Origin: Octopus bimaculoides
Taxonomy: Eukaryota
Assembly (NCBI RefSeq): GCF_001194135.2
Contig: NC_068987.1
Location: 64,107,913 to 64,171,739, forward strand
Direction: 5' to 3'
Length of the DNA stretch: 63,827 nt
This document shows, in pieces, positions 51,003 through 63,787 of this stretch (position 1 is the stretch's first letter; each line of letters opens with the position of its first letter). Under the pieces are notes generated by a model that was not told where the DNA came from, did not search any database, and saw only the letters and a program-made list of their open reading frames with translations. The translations under genes were made by a program, and so were the position numbers.

Positions 51003-51416
51003 ATAAGGCGGCGAGCTGGCAGAAACGTTAGCACGCCGGGTGAAATGCTTAGCGGTATTTCGTTTGTCTTTACGTTCTGAGTTCAAATTCCGCCGAGGTC
51101 GACTTTGCCTTTCATCCTTTCGGGATCGATTAAATATGTACCAGTTATGTACTGAGGTCGATATAATCGACTTAATCCGTTTGTCTGTCTTTGTTTGTCT
51201 CCTACGTGTGTAGCCCCTTGTGGGCAGTAAAGAAATAAGAAATGTTAGCACACCGGACGAAATGCTTTCCGTTCTGAGTTCAAATTCTGCCGAGGACGAC
51301 TTTGCCTTTCATCCTTTCGGAGGGCGATGAATTAAGTATCAGTTACGTACTGGGGTCGATCTAATCGACTGACACCCCTCCCCCAAAATTTCGGGCCTTG
51401 TGCCTGGAGTAGAAAA
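51003..51416 (+). mobile_element. Dimeric SINE-A bounded by one 13-bp TSD
   Basis: GAATATAAAAGTG at 50990-51002 and 51417-51429 encloses two SINE-A monomers joined by a distinct linker. Confidence 0.9.
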
Positions 51417-51989
51417 GAATATAAAAGTGGTGAGGTGGCCGTAAACGGGAATCCAAATCACATCGTGGATTCGGATACACGAATGTTTACTTCTAGAGTA
51501 TCGTGTTGTATAGAAAGGAATTCTAAACTATATGAGTTCTTTTTTTTTATTTTTAATGAGCCTTTTTTCAACTTGCAAATGAAGCTAAAATTAGACGAAT
51601 AAATACATAATCTGCTTCATAATAGTAAATAATCCTATGGTCGGAGAAAAGCGAACAGCATCATCTCTAGTAATTCAACAACATATCCACATACCGCAGA
51701 TGGACGAGCCTCTTAAATCTCTGAGAGATTCTGGCTACTAATATTTCTGTCTAGGGTGTATATTTATCTAATGTTTTTATGAGTTTATATTTATTGATTT
51801 ATTCATGAGGGCGCTAGCTTGGCTCACTCTTTAGCGTAGTACCTCCCAAAAATTTTAAACATCACCTTCCTTCTTTTACTAACACTTTTTCAGCGCAAAT
51901 TTGCTACGAATCAACAAAATGAAATACACTGAAAAAAATTACTGCTGACAGATTGATTATCTTCAAAAGATAAAAATAGTATTTTGACC

Positions 51990-52570
51990 TCTAATATCGG
52001 TTTCAAATTTTGGCACAAGGTCAACACTTTCGGGTAAAGGGCTAAATTGGTTATATCGACCTCAGTGTTCAACTGGTACTTATTTTATCGACCCCGAAAG
52101 GATGAAAAGCAAAGTCAATCTCGGTGGCATTCGAACTCACAATGTAAAGCCGGACGAAATGCTGCAAAGCATTTTGCGACGCGTGCTAACGAGTGTTTTG
52201 ACCTCTAATATTACTAGATGACTGGCACACAGAATAAAAATTGAAAATACTTTTTAAAAAACTATTAAAAGATGTATCTATCAGCTCCATCCCATCCTAT
52301 CACCCCTTTTGTCCCCAGTATATAATTCCTCAATACCTATCCCAAGGGCAGCACTGCCCACTTCGAAAAGTACTGCACCAGAATGCCGAACAAAATTCAA
52401 TGCAGTATTTGTTCTGGTTTTCTACGTTCTCAGATCAAATCCCGCCAAAGCCAACCTTACCTTTCGTCCATTGAAAGTGGACAAAATAAAGTACCAGTCA
52501 AGTATTGGGACGGCTGGAATCGACTAACTCCATTCCATTCAAACTGCTGGTCTTCTGCCTAAATGAAAAA
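51990..52570. mobile_element. Two oppositely oriented SINE-A copies (- ~51990-52195; + ~52365-52570)
   Basis: Family motifs. Confidence 0.82.
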
Positions 52571-52754
52571 CAACTATTTATGTACTTACAGCTTCATTTG
52601 GACTTAAAGCGGTTTTAAAAAACAAAAAAATTATCTTTTCAATATTTCTAACAAAAACATATTCATATTTGTGTGTGAGGTGTGCGTGTGTGCGAGGTGT
52701 GTGAATTTTATTTGTGTATTTTTGGTGAGAATAAATTTCGTTTACTATTTTCAG

Positions 52755-52883
52755 CTATTTGATCGCTTCCATACGGCAGCACCGCGTAAAATCGAGTCCG
52801 GAACCGAGATGCTGCGAAGCGAACATCTTAGTTATGCTGTGAAATTAAGGACTATGTCATATCTTCAATCAGAGAAAAATTAA
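52755..52883 (+). CDS. Candidate terminal coding exon, LFDRFHTAAPRKIESGTEMLRSEHLSYAVKLRTMSYLQSEKN*, unknown product
   Basis: Good acceptor TTCGTTTACTATTTTCAG| and an open phase-0 frame in a CpG-containing unique island. The opposite strand also has a partly open frame. Confidence 0.22.
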   Translation, partial: LFDRFHTAAPRKIESGTEMLRSEHLSYAVKLRTMSYLQSEKN

Positions 52884-53099
52884 ATGATGTAATTTTCATG
52901 CCTGCCACAATTGAATTAATAGCGTAGTTAAAGTTGAACCAAATGGATACATCCGGGGATCTTCAACTGTTTGTTCACTATGCTGGCCCACTGTGGACTT
53001 TCATCTTTTAAAAACTGAACATGTATGTACTTATTGATAACATATATATTTTTCCATCGCAGACAGACAGACATATATACATATATATATATATATATA

Positions 53100-53466
53100 A
53101 TTAGGGGCATAGAAAATATTTTTCTAAGCCTATATGTTGAAGATAGAGGCTAAATCGCCTCACCATTTTAAAAATCACAAAAATGCATTCGCCGAAAGTG
53201 ACTGAGTTGGCTAATGGAAACTAATAACAAAATAAATAGCCCTGAATTAGCTAATTTCTGGTTCTGCCCCATGGCTTTACCTCATCATTAGAGCATACAT
53301 ACAGGAAATAAATGAGACGTTTATACATACCTACAGGAAAGCAAACGCAAAGCCATAACTAGGTAAGCTGCGAAATTTGTGTCTAGTTACGGTTTTGCAT
53401 TTGCATTCCTGTAGTGTCTATCTTCAGCATATAGGTTTAGAAAAATATTTTTTCTATGCCCTTAAT
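53100..53466. mobile_element. Tc1/mariner-type MITE (367 bp), ~50-bp TIRs, TA flanks
   Basis: ATTAGGGGCATAGAAAATATTTTTCTAAGCCTATATGTTGAAGATAGA is the inverted copy of TCTATCTTCAGCATATAGGTTTAGAAAAATATTTTTTCTATGCCCTTAAT. TA at 53098-99 and 53467-68. Confidence 0.85.
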
Positions 53467-54685
53467 TATAGTTATATAAAGGATTTCACCTTAATCGGTC
53501 TATTGTTTGTATGCTGGCCACTAATAAAACTTTTTTAAAAATTTATCCTGTATCATTATTATATATAATAACAGTACTGGTGCCTCCAAGATTGTGTATT
53601 CGCAATGATAATGGTGCGAAACCACGATGATATTTTGATCCATTAGCTAACGAGGAAAACTCAGCTGCGAATATTCTTTGTATCGTGTTTTTCCCCGTCC
53701 GTTAAGTTTTCATCTAGTTTCCCGTTTGCTCTACTTTCGTATGTAATGCATGCCTGTCTGTTAATACACTCCTCCATTGTCAAACACAAGAGGCTACATG
53801 GAAGATGTATTCTTGCATGAAAATAAAAGCAAAAAAGCAAAAACACCTTGGTTTCATTTATGATACCTTTAGATCAGAGGTAATCAATAGCAACATCAAC
53901 TAAAGTATACACTGCATGGAGCACGGAAGCCCCTGAACAAATATGGGAACCATTTGTGCTCAGTCAGTCCGCAAAAATATCAGCTTGATCTTTCGCAAAT
54001 CGCCCCAACCGTTTTTAAAAATGAAAAATAATGAATACAGAGGCGAGTGCGATGTTAGATAGGTACACATGATATAGTTGGAAGTAAGAGAGAACGTTCA
54101 TCACTGGAATAGTGTTATTACTTAGATCTGCTGATTCTAACTACGACGAAAGCTTCGATGTGATCTTATGAATCTGTTGGAAATAGTGACCAAACATCTC
54201 TAAAATTATACCCAAATTGTCTTTAAAGACATTGAATAATGTATTGGCTGATATGCAACAGATGGAATAGTCATTGTTAGAATAGTTTAATAGTAGTATC
54301 CAGCAAGACAAACGAATAAACAACAGAGCTAGGCCAAAGCCAAACCGACTGATAAACACAACTCCCCATCCAAACAGGCAAAATACCGGACTGAATTGTA
54401 AGCAAAACAGGTTAAAGGATTGTCACCTCAATCTGTAATGTTTTTATAGAACGAGTTTTGTTATGTATTTGGGAAAACTATTTCTCCTAATATATCCCTA
54501 ACTGCAGTGAAGATTTCTTGTCAAACAATCTGAAGTAAATGTATAAACAACACTAGCTGAACTGACGGTTATATGTGAACAATATTAAGAGTGCAGATAA
54601 AATATAGTTGGGACGAAGTGCAGACCTACTAAATATGAAAATTAAAAACAAAGAAAAAATATGGACAGAAAGAGGGGGAATGGGC

Positions 54686-54719
<34 letters not shown>

Positions 54720-54782
54720 AAACGAGACGCATATAAATATGTACAAATATATGTGTGTGTATACGTATATGTATGTATAGAT

Positions 54783-54850
<68 letters not shown>

Positions 54851-54889
54851 TGAGAGACAGACAGTCAGACAGACAGACAGACAGACAGG

Positions 54890-54924
<35 letters not shown>

Positions 54925-55286
54925 CTTTCTTTTATTAGCCACACAGGGCTGCACACAGAGGGGACAAATACAACTGTAGAGCTTTTCTTTAAGAAAAAAA
55001 AAAAGATAGATAGATAGATAATAAAAACAGACGAATGGGTTATCTGGTACTACTACAGTTGTTTCATTAGGAATTTTATTTTATGATAAGCATAACACAA
55101 TTAGATTGCGTAATACGTTATATAGCTCCCAAATCCTCAGGCAATCAGGTAAACAGTTGATCAATGACTTGTTTATTAATCAGCAGATAATCAACAAATG
55201 AAATTCAATTCCAAGTTAGAATAGCAAGTTTTAAGAAACTCAAGGTGAGTGTGTCTCCAAGCTGTCAATGAAGAAATGATAGTAGA

Positions 55287-55331
<45 letters not shown>

Positions 55332-55342
55332 TTTGTTTACAA

Positions 55343-55557
55343 AATTTGGCGTCAACAAGGAGTGCGGATGGCCATTTATTTTTCAATCACTACAATTGTC
55401 TCTATGAAACGTAGTTCTCCTGGTGTGCAGGTAGGCCTGGAGAACTGCAACCGTTTCCCTACATTACGAGATCTAGTTGTGTTTCTTCACGCGATATGGG
55501 AATATTGTCTCTGTAAATTAAATGGCCAACTGTACTCCTTCTTGTTGACTCCAAATT
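55343..55557. mobile_element. 215-bp foldback element with ~43-bp inverted arms and an inner hairpin
   Basis: AATTTGGCGTCAACAAGGAGTGCGGATGGCCATTTA pairs with TAAATGGCCAACTGTACTCCTTCTTGTTGACTCCAAATT. Inner GTAGTTCTCC...GGAGAACTGC. Confidence 0.65.
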
Positions 55558-55726
55558 CGTCCAATTATCTATTCACACACGACAGATGCCCAAATGCAAA
55601 TCTGGAAGTAAGTATAATACTACTACTGGATAGCACAGGGTGAAATCTGAAAGTGGACAAGCTATATACTGTACTCTACTACGTTCTTGACTGATTATAC
55701 CATATCTGGTAATATCTATATTATCA

Positions 55727-56139
55727 GTGTTGAACTATATAAAACTATATAAAAGTATTATTATGAGGGAATTAAATAGCAAATACAAACATGCCACTAT
55801 AAAGACACTGAACAATATTAACACTAGAAGCCTAGAAATTGTTAGAAAACTAGAGATAGATGATAGAACTGAACAATATACACCTATGAAACCTAGACTC
55901 ACCCTAAAAGATCACGAACCCAGTTTCCTAATCAACCTTTCTATATGACTAATTTGCCCTTCTAAATCCGATATAGGCCTGATTAGTAAGATTATCATAG
56001 CTAGAATCACGCCCATACTTAAATCTAAGTTACGTTTGGCACTGCGGTCTGACACACGCCAAGTAATAGATTGCTTTAAGCAACTTGATATTAACTTGTA
56101 TAGTAAGTTCCTTCAGTTTGATATAGATAATTATTACAG
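55727..56139 (+). mobile_element. Penelope-like reverse transcriptase fragment
   Basis: KLEIDDRTEQY...RLTLKDHEPSF...*LICPSKSDIGLISKII...QVIDCFKQL...FLQFDIDNYYS matches the PLE RT motifs TLKDHK, RLINP.KSEIG.ISK and FDI..FYPS. Confidence 0.85.
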
Positions 56140-56164
56140 TGGTATACACTGTGGTTCAGTTTAT

Positions 56165-56234
<70 letters not shown>

Positions 56235-56299
56235 AACCGCAAGAAACAGTCGCACACATACTAAACAGAAACCGGTTTATTAACAGACTGCCGTAGCAT

Positions 56300-57323
56300 T
56301 GATTGAAGAGTGCTAATTAAGAAACTGTTCTTTTCTAATGATAAAACGTCATTTCCTGAAACATATTTGACGTCACGGGTGTCCTGGATCCAAAGAGATG
56401 AACTCAATGTCTCGAGTGACCACCGTTAGCGTTGACTACTGCCAAGCATCTTCTGTACATTCAATGCACCAAACAATTGATGAAGGCCAGTGAGATAGCA
56501 GCCCATACTCTACTATGGAAGCAGTTCAGGTTCCAGAATGTCGCTAATGTATCGTTGGATGTTAATTTTAACACCGAGGGCACAAAAAACGAGGGAAGAC
56601 CTTCCAGTGGCTGTCACAGACACCCAAACCATAACTGACTGTGGATTTTGACGTCGATTATCGAGTCTAACTTCGACAGAAACAAATACACTCTAAAGTC
56701 GGTCATTCTGATGGTTTACTGTCTGTTCGATATCAAATAACTTTTCATCAGTGAACACCAGGTTGGGTAGCGTGCCTTCAGTAATCTGATGCAGGGTAAG
56801 ACAACTTCTCTTCAGTGTCATGTCCTTATAAACTTGCGTGAGCTCATGGCGGCGGATAATCTTGTAAGAGTGGGTCCTGAAATCCTCCTTCTGCATTCGA
56901 TGCATCGATGTCCGGCTAATTTTTGCTATGGAACCAGTTTTCTGATGGAACGGCGAGGATTTTGCCATATCTTTTCTTTGATATTTTTGATAAGCTTAAA
57001 GGTCTGTACACTTCTTTTTGGCCACTTCCAGGTCGATCAGCGTGGAGCCAGTCTTTTGAAATTTTTTCACAATTTTCCAGACTTGTTCGGTTAATTTTAA
57101 GCTTTTACTGTTATAGCTGTAACACTTTTTCCACTTTTGTGGAGGGTTATAATTGTATTTTGGTCTATAGATATTACCTAATTTATAAATTTGAATTTAT
57201 TCAGTCTGAAACAAAAGATGACACACTAAGCTTTCATAATGATGTATAATTTTCATATCTTATCACATTTATTGATAGTTATTAAAGCCCGAAACTTTGA
57301 TTGCCTTAATTGGGAACACCCTG
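56300..57323 (-). mobile_element. Tc1/mariner superfamily transposon remnant, maT (DD37D)-like
   Basis: LPNLVFTDEKLFDIEQTVNHQNDR and RRQNPQSVMVWVSVTATGRS-like segments. Terminus TA|CAGGGTGTTCCC at 57325-57312. The catalytic C-terminal part is deleted, so D-D spacing cannot be counted; the left end is approximate. Confidence 0.8.
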
Positions 57324-57328
57324 TATAT

Positions 57329-57410
<82 letters not shown>

Positions 57411-58347
57411 GTGTGTGGGGGTGAGTGTGGATCTATACATGTATGTAGTTTATTACCACCAACTCTACCTACTTTTACCACAACAGTTTCAAGTACCATT
57501 ATGAATTCACATAAAAAAAATTAAAGTCTCATTTCCCCCTCCTATACCTTTCACGCACACACACACACGCACACACACACACGCACACGCACACACACGC
57601 ACACACACATGCATGCACACACGCACCCAGACACGCACCCAGACACGCACCAGGCATACGTATATGTATACATACACACTCGTACAACTGTAGTATTTTT
57701 GCGAGTGTGAAAGTCTGTACTCCCATATGTATATATGTATGTACGTGTATGCGTGTGCGTGTGTGTGTGTGTATGTACGTGCGAATGTGTGTGTTTATAT
57801 ATGCACGTATGTATCTATGTACGGGAATAATATTTTGCTTTATTCTAAAACTATTTTGCTGTAGACAAGTCTTTTTCAGTAATTGAAAACACTTTATTAA
57901 TTAGATTAAAATAATTATTATATATTAGCTTAATTACGTTATTAGACTAAAGGAAACTAACAACTATAGCTAAAACATAACGCAACTTAAAACTGTAAAA
58001 ACGCCAACATAAGTGCCACTATTCGACTGCTCGATCAACTAAATTTAGCAGCCAATTGCCGCGCAAGTGATACCCTAACCTCTAAAAAAAACCTGACTGG
58101 CGGTCACAGCTGGAACCATTTTTTACCAAAATTTATTTGATCAGACTGGAGTTCTGTTAAACAATAGCGAAAACAGAATTAAAATTTTTTTGTTCCTTTA
58201 TTTAAATGAAATGCATATTATAACAAGTAGCAGCGCCTGTATATGTGCGTATGTGTGTATTTATGTATGTGCATGTCTATATGTAATGTTTGTGTTCGAG
58301 TATATTTATACATATATGTATCTGCGTGTGTATGGAGGGGGAATGTT

Positions 58348-58384
<37 letters not shown>

Positions 58385-58429
58385 TTATATGTTAATATAT
58401 ACGTATGTTTGTATGTTTATATAGATATG

Positions 58430-58469
<40 letters not shown>

Positions 58470-58560
58470 TGTGTGTGTGTGTGTGTGTGTAAATACAACA
58501 CAGTTGGTAAAAATGAGTAGTACCTGTACTTCAAAATACACTTACTTGTCACATTCTATA

Positions 58561-58705
58561 TCACGCCGCTGAATCTCCATGAGAAATACATGAAGTGTAC
58601 GCATGTCTGTGGAGTGCTCAGCCACTTGCACGTTAATTTCACGAGCAGGCTATTCCGTTAATCGGATCAGCTGGCACACTCGTCGCCGTAACCAATGTAA
58701 TGCCA
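58561..58705 (+). mobile_element. SINE-D 3' fragment
   Basis: GTCTGTGGAGTGCTCAGCCACTTGCACGTTAATTTCACGAGCAGGC matches the reverse complement of the 684-1068 and 43698-44074 tails. Confidence 0.85.
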
Positions 58706-58864
58706 GACCATTTACAAGACGACTCAAAGACGAACATTTTCATGCTTGTTCTTTACCAAACTCACTAAGAAATCAAGAAGTCTTTACATAAAAATGAATT
58801 ACAATTTGTCAGATGTTATCAACCTAAAGTTACGATTGGAGAATAAAAATTATCGCTAATATTA

Positions 58865-60100
58865 TTAGGTTGTCAAGTATGAAATTTGTAGAAAAGAAAA
58901 AAACAGTTTGCTAATGTTTTATAAATACAAGGAATAGTTTTATTCATCAATGTATGCACCCATATTGTCAATACACTTTTGCCGTTACAGCGGTAGCTTG
59001 TCCAGTCAGGAACTGTAAAACCTGGCAATCTAGAATCAATAAAATCTTTTACAACATCATCGGAATTAAATTTTTGCCAATCAAAAAGTTATCCAAATTC
59101 TGGGAGAAGTCGTAGTCAGTGGAGGCAAGATCAGGTGAGTATGGTGGATTATGGAGAACTTCCAGCTCCAACTCTTCTAGTTTCGCCAATATCATTTTTG
59201 TGATGTGTGGTCTGGTGTTGTCTTGCAATAAAATAATAGTGGATCTGTTGATTAATCTAGGCTGGGTTTTTTTTTGCAACTTTCTGCATCATTTGGTCCA
59301 GCTGGCTGCAGTATACTTCAACCGTGTTTGATGATCCAGGTTTAATGAAATCATAATGGATCACACCTGCGCCAAACCACCAGACACACACCATCATCTT
59401 CTTTTGATGAATTTTGCTTTCTGGACTGTGTTTTGCTGACTCGTCTTTCTCCAACCATTGTGCTGAACGTTTACGGCTATTGTATTAGACCTATTTCTCA
59501 TCACATATTACACTTCGATTCAAAAATGATTCATTTTTGTGACGAGAAAGTAGCATAATACAGGCTTCCAAACGTTGCTGTTTCTAATTTTCTGAGTTCA
59601 TGTGGGACCCACTTATCCAAATTTTATACTTTACCGACTTGAACTAGGTGAGTCAATACTGTTTGCTGCCTAACACCAAACAATAGCGATAATTTCACGG
59701 GCACTTTGAGATGCATCTGACTCGTCATTATCCACCTTTGTTTCTGATCGACCGCGTTGCTCATTTTTGAGGTCAAAGTTACCAGAAAGAAATTTTGCAA
59801 ACCAATTTGATACTGTCTGTTGTGTAATAACATTAGAATTAAATACTCCATTAATATTCCGAGCTGTCTGTGATGTATTTCCAAAAAGAACTCATATTTC
59901 AAAACCGTACGAATTTCCAACTTACCATCTCTAAGCAAAAATAGCAAAAAACGCGTTATAAGTAAATTATAAAGCGCAAAATGAGTTAGAATAAATAATT
60001 AGATGTGTCAGCTTTCTAGCAAAAAATTAAGATTGTCAAAATATAATAATGGCGCAAAATGAGCAGCTATCAAAGTTTACCATATAACTTACTACAAATT
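58865..60100 (-). mobile_element. Mariner (DD34D) transposon, decayed, near full length
   Basis: ICDEK, KIHQKKMMVCVWW...GVIHY and LLQDNTRPH...PPYSPDLASTDY with exactly 34 residues between the second and third D. Left terminus TA|TTAGGTTGTC; right terminus degraded. Confidence 0.93.
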
Positions 60101-60821
60101 TTTGTTTTCTTCCCAGCTCAACTTCAGAACATATACGTAAATGCCACAAGTTGTGCCCCTAATTTTCACTGTAACGCACTAAAATCTGGAAAACCTATGT
60201 TTTTCGAACGTTTAAATTTTATCGTGCAGGATGCTATATGATTGATTCGCGCGCACATGTGTGTGTGAGCGTGAGTGTGTTCGCACGTATGCATTTTACA
60301 TGCACTGACTACATTTACCATAAATCCCACATATTTTTTAATGAATCATCTTGGTCTTTACATATGTTTACCGATTGCAAGGTGATGGTGTTATGTAAAA
60401 ATGAAACCCAAATTGGACCAGGATAAGTAAAGTTTTATTGTCATACAGGAAATATTTTATTTCTGAGGCTTTTAACTTTGTAACATAATATATAGTACAT
60501 GCTCGTGGTATTGGAGCTATTTATACATGTGTGGATGGATGCATTCATATATGTGTATGTGTGTGTGCGTGCGTGTATTTAAACGCATACACTCACACAC
60601 ACACACTCACTTACTGTTATCGTTGATATCATTCACCTCTCAACTTTTAATTTGTAATTATCTAAAACTTTTTCCGACACCTAAATCACACGGCTTACAT
60701 GATTCAGGATTTACTGGAAACTTACGCGCCTATGTTACTCCTCATTGAGTCCTTACTCTCGAGTAATTTGGCGAAAACAGTGTTTTACAAAATTTTCAGC
60801 CGTATCTAGATCGCGACTTAC

Positions 60822-60870
60822 CTGACAAAACAGCTCGCCTATGGATTCCATCTATCTCACATCGCTCCAT
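60822..60870 (-). CDS. Candidate first coding exon, MERCEIDGIHRRAVLS(G), unknown product
   Basis: Consensus donor CAG|GTAAGT (60816-60821) and an in-frame ATG in AATATGG context at 60870. Confidence 0.3.
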
Positions 60871-60964
60871 ATTAACTATCGCGATACGTCCTACCCATAC
60901 TTTCTCAATTGGTGTGTGAATCAAGTTGGAGTTTTATCCCTAACATTCCATCTTCTTTGCATTG

Positions 60965-61063
60965 GAGGTTTACACACCATTCACACTAACAGCACTAGAG
61001 GTTTACATACCAGTCTCACTAACGACACTAGAGGCTTACATACCATTCACACTAACAGCACTA
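60965..61063. repeat. Three copies of a 33-bp unit
   Basis: GAGG(T/C)TTACA(C/T)ACCA..CACTAAC..CACTA at 60965, 60998 and 61031. Confidence 0.92.
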
Positions 61064-62462
61064 TGCAGATGCTAACACAATTCGTGCTTTCTTCACATCC
61101 AGTACATAATTGCCATGAGATGCTTTGGTTGTAGGTACAACCAAAGCATCTCACGCTAAACCTGCTCTGGTTCTGTAACGATATACCTTGGAAACATTAG
61201 TTAATGGGATCATACCAATCTTGTCACGTTGAAAAGTACAAAGACATAGTTACTACAAATTTCAAGAAACCAGTACTGTACATCCCATAGTAAAAGTGAA
61301 CAACCGCTACGATAAATCTCAAGGTCGCTACAAAGTTTAGTCCTTACCACAACTAAGGACTTTCTTGGTGAACGCTCGTCTTCAACTTCGCAAAGCCAGC
61401 ACCACAAAGGCAGAATCACACAATCTGGCCTTCCTATTCAAGGAAAGCAAATATTTCACTCTCTCCCGCCTGCCCAATAGCCTTCAGGGGAGATCCTTAC
61501 TTTGGGTTTGTGCTATACAACGCACAAGAAGAAAAATTACATGGCATCCCAATAAAAGTCACAGGTTTATTGTCATGAAGTCGCTCACCAATGCACACCG
61601 ACTTGTTACTTCTTTTCTGTAGTCTTTCTACTGTGTTTGCCGCTTCTGAAAAGTTCTCTGATCCTCGAAACTGTTTCAACTCTTGTCACATCCACACAAG
61701 CATTCCTGATTTATTCGTCCTTCATCTTTCCGTCAGCCGTACTATGTCCATACTTAGCAGGCTCTGCGCTAACGTTTATGCTCAATTTTCTTCAGCAGAA
61801 CATTTGGAATTCATTCTTTATACATGTGATTCTTGTAGATGACCGACTTGTGAGTGCTCAGATGAAGCATTAATCATAGAGCTCTCACTGATTTCTATGA
61901 CAGATTTCGTCTAGGGGAGAGGGCACGACCTGTTCGACCATAAATTAACAAGCATGTGTGGGTGTATATATGCACGCTTATGCGCACACACATATAGACT
62001 TAATATGTGTGTGTGAGTGTGCGTTTGTATGTGTGTTCATTTGTGTGTGTGCCTATTTGTGCGTATGTGTGTGTCTGCGTTTCTATTTGTGTGTGCGTAT
62101 TTATATACTTGCGTGTTTGCAAGGAAATAGTATTCAATTTAACAGTTGATTTAATTGTAGTTCCTGATCTGAAACCGGAGCAATTACATCATGGTAGAAG
62201 CATGTTATCCATTTGTTAGTTATACAACTAAATTAAGGAAGATGAATGAAACAGATTTTGTGTTTGAAAAACATTACTTTTCCACAATTTAATTATTGAG
62301 TGTGTATATATATATTTGAATATGAGCAAATGAATGAATGAATGAATGAATGAATGAATGTATACACATGCGTGTGTATGTATGTATATGTATGAATGTA
62401 TACACATGCGTGTGTATGTATGTATATGTATGAATGTGAGTGAATGAACGTACATATGTGTG

Positions 62463-62521
<59 letters not shown>

Positions 62522-63029
62522 CTAATGTCCCACGTTTTAATTGCCAGCGCAAGTTTCCATTTATTTAAGAAATTCATTAACAGATTTCACATTACCGCTG
62601 AACTACAACTGCGGCGAAAGTAAGTTCTTCGCCATCTGTTTAATTTCTTTCATTTAGGAAATGATGAAACATACTGGTTGGCTTTAACGAAGCACATATC
62701 CTAAACGGAGACGTATAGCTTAATCTCTAAATGTTTCATCGTAGATATGAAATATTAATTACACGTTTATCAAGTTAATTGATACAACCTACCAACCACT
62801 GACATAACTAAGTAGGCAGTACGAATTTTACACGATTGCTGACACAGCATATGTAACGCTATCTGTGATAACTTTCGACATTTAAACACGGTCTAATACA
62901 ATATTAACGTAACTATATGACGCGGGTAGTTAGTAACCTAAGACACAGGCAACCAATCACTAACAATACAATTAGCACAGTTAATGAATCGAAACTTGAA
63001 ACTCCTCCTCGTTTCTCCGGCACCCGTCT

Positions 63030-63191
<162 letters not shown>

Positions 63192-63649
63192 CTCATCATC
63201 ATCGCCATAGTTGTTAGCCACCCTCATCACTATCATGGCCTGCTATGTCTGCTGAATAAGAAATAACGCATTGCATAACATAATCATAGATACATTAAGT
63301 CTTAGAAAGGTCGAGAAATGTACAACTGATATACATTTCGTCATAGATCTAAACTCAAGTGGGGTTTATCAGAGGTTGATCATCATCACTATCATTATCA
63401 TCTTCGTCATCGTGTCGAAATTGTAGTAGTCGTCGTCATGCGACGGAGAATATGCGTAATGTAAATGAGATAGCATGAACAAGTTTATTATGAAACAATA
63501 GCATAATTGTACGAAACAGCTTGTAACCGCGTAAGAGCTTAAATGCTGACTGCATTATATTAAATCCACATAACTGATATTGAGTACTGTTGCGTCATGT
63601 ATACGTTCAAATCATTATCGTTCATGCAACGTATGCATGCATATATATA

Positions 63650-63787
63650 GGCGCAGGAGTGGCTGTGTGGTAAGTAGCTGGCTTACCAACCACATGGTTC
63701 CGAGTTCAATCCCACTGCGTGACACCTTGGGCCGAGCAAAGCCTTGTGAGTGGATTTGGTAGACAGAAACTGAAAGAAGCCGTCGTA
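63650..63787 (+). mobile_element. SINE-C 5' part running into (TG)n at the window end
   Basis: GGCGCAGGAGTGGCTGTGTGGTAAGTAGCTGGCTTACCAACCACATGGTTCCGAGTTCAATCCC has A- and B-box-like motifs. Confidence 0.9.

Noticed and set aside
52590-52602. 13-nt minus-strand microexon before a GTAAGT
   Set aside because: Not frame-preserving, and such motif pairs are expected by chance in AT-rich DNA.
55946-55948. In-frame TGA in the Penelope RT as possible selenocysteine
   Set aside because: It aligns to the Arg of the RLINP motif, so CGA-to-TGA decay is the simpler explanation.
61140-61870. Possible LINE RNase H remnant (STVFAA...FSD) or coding exon
   Set aside because: The motif match is too short and there are stops in all frames; an HMM search is needed.
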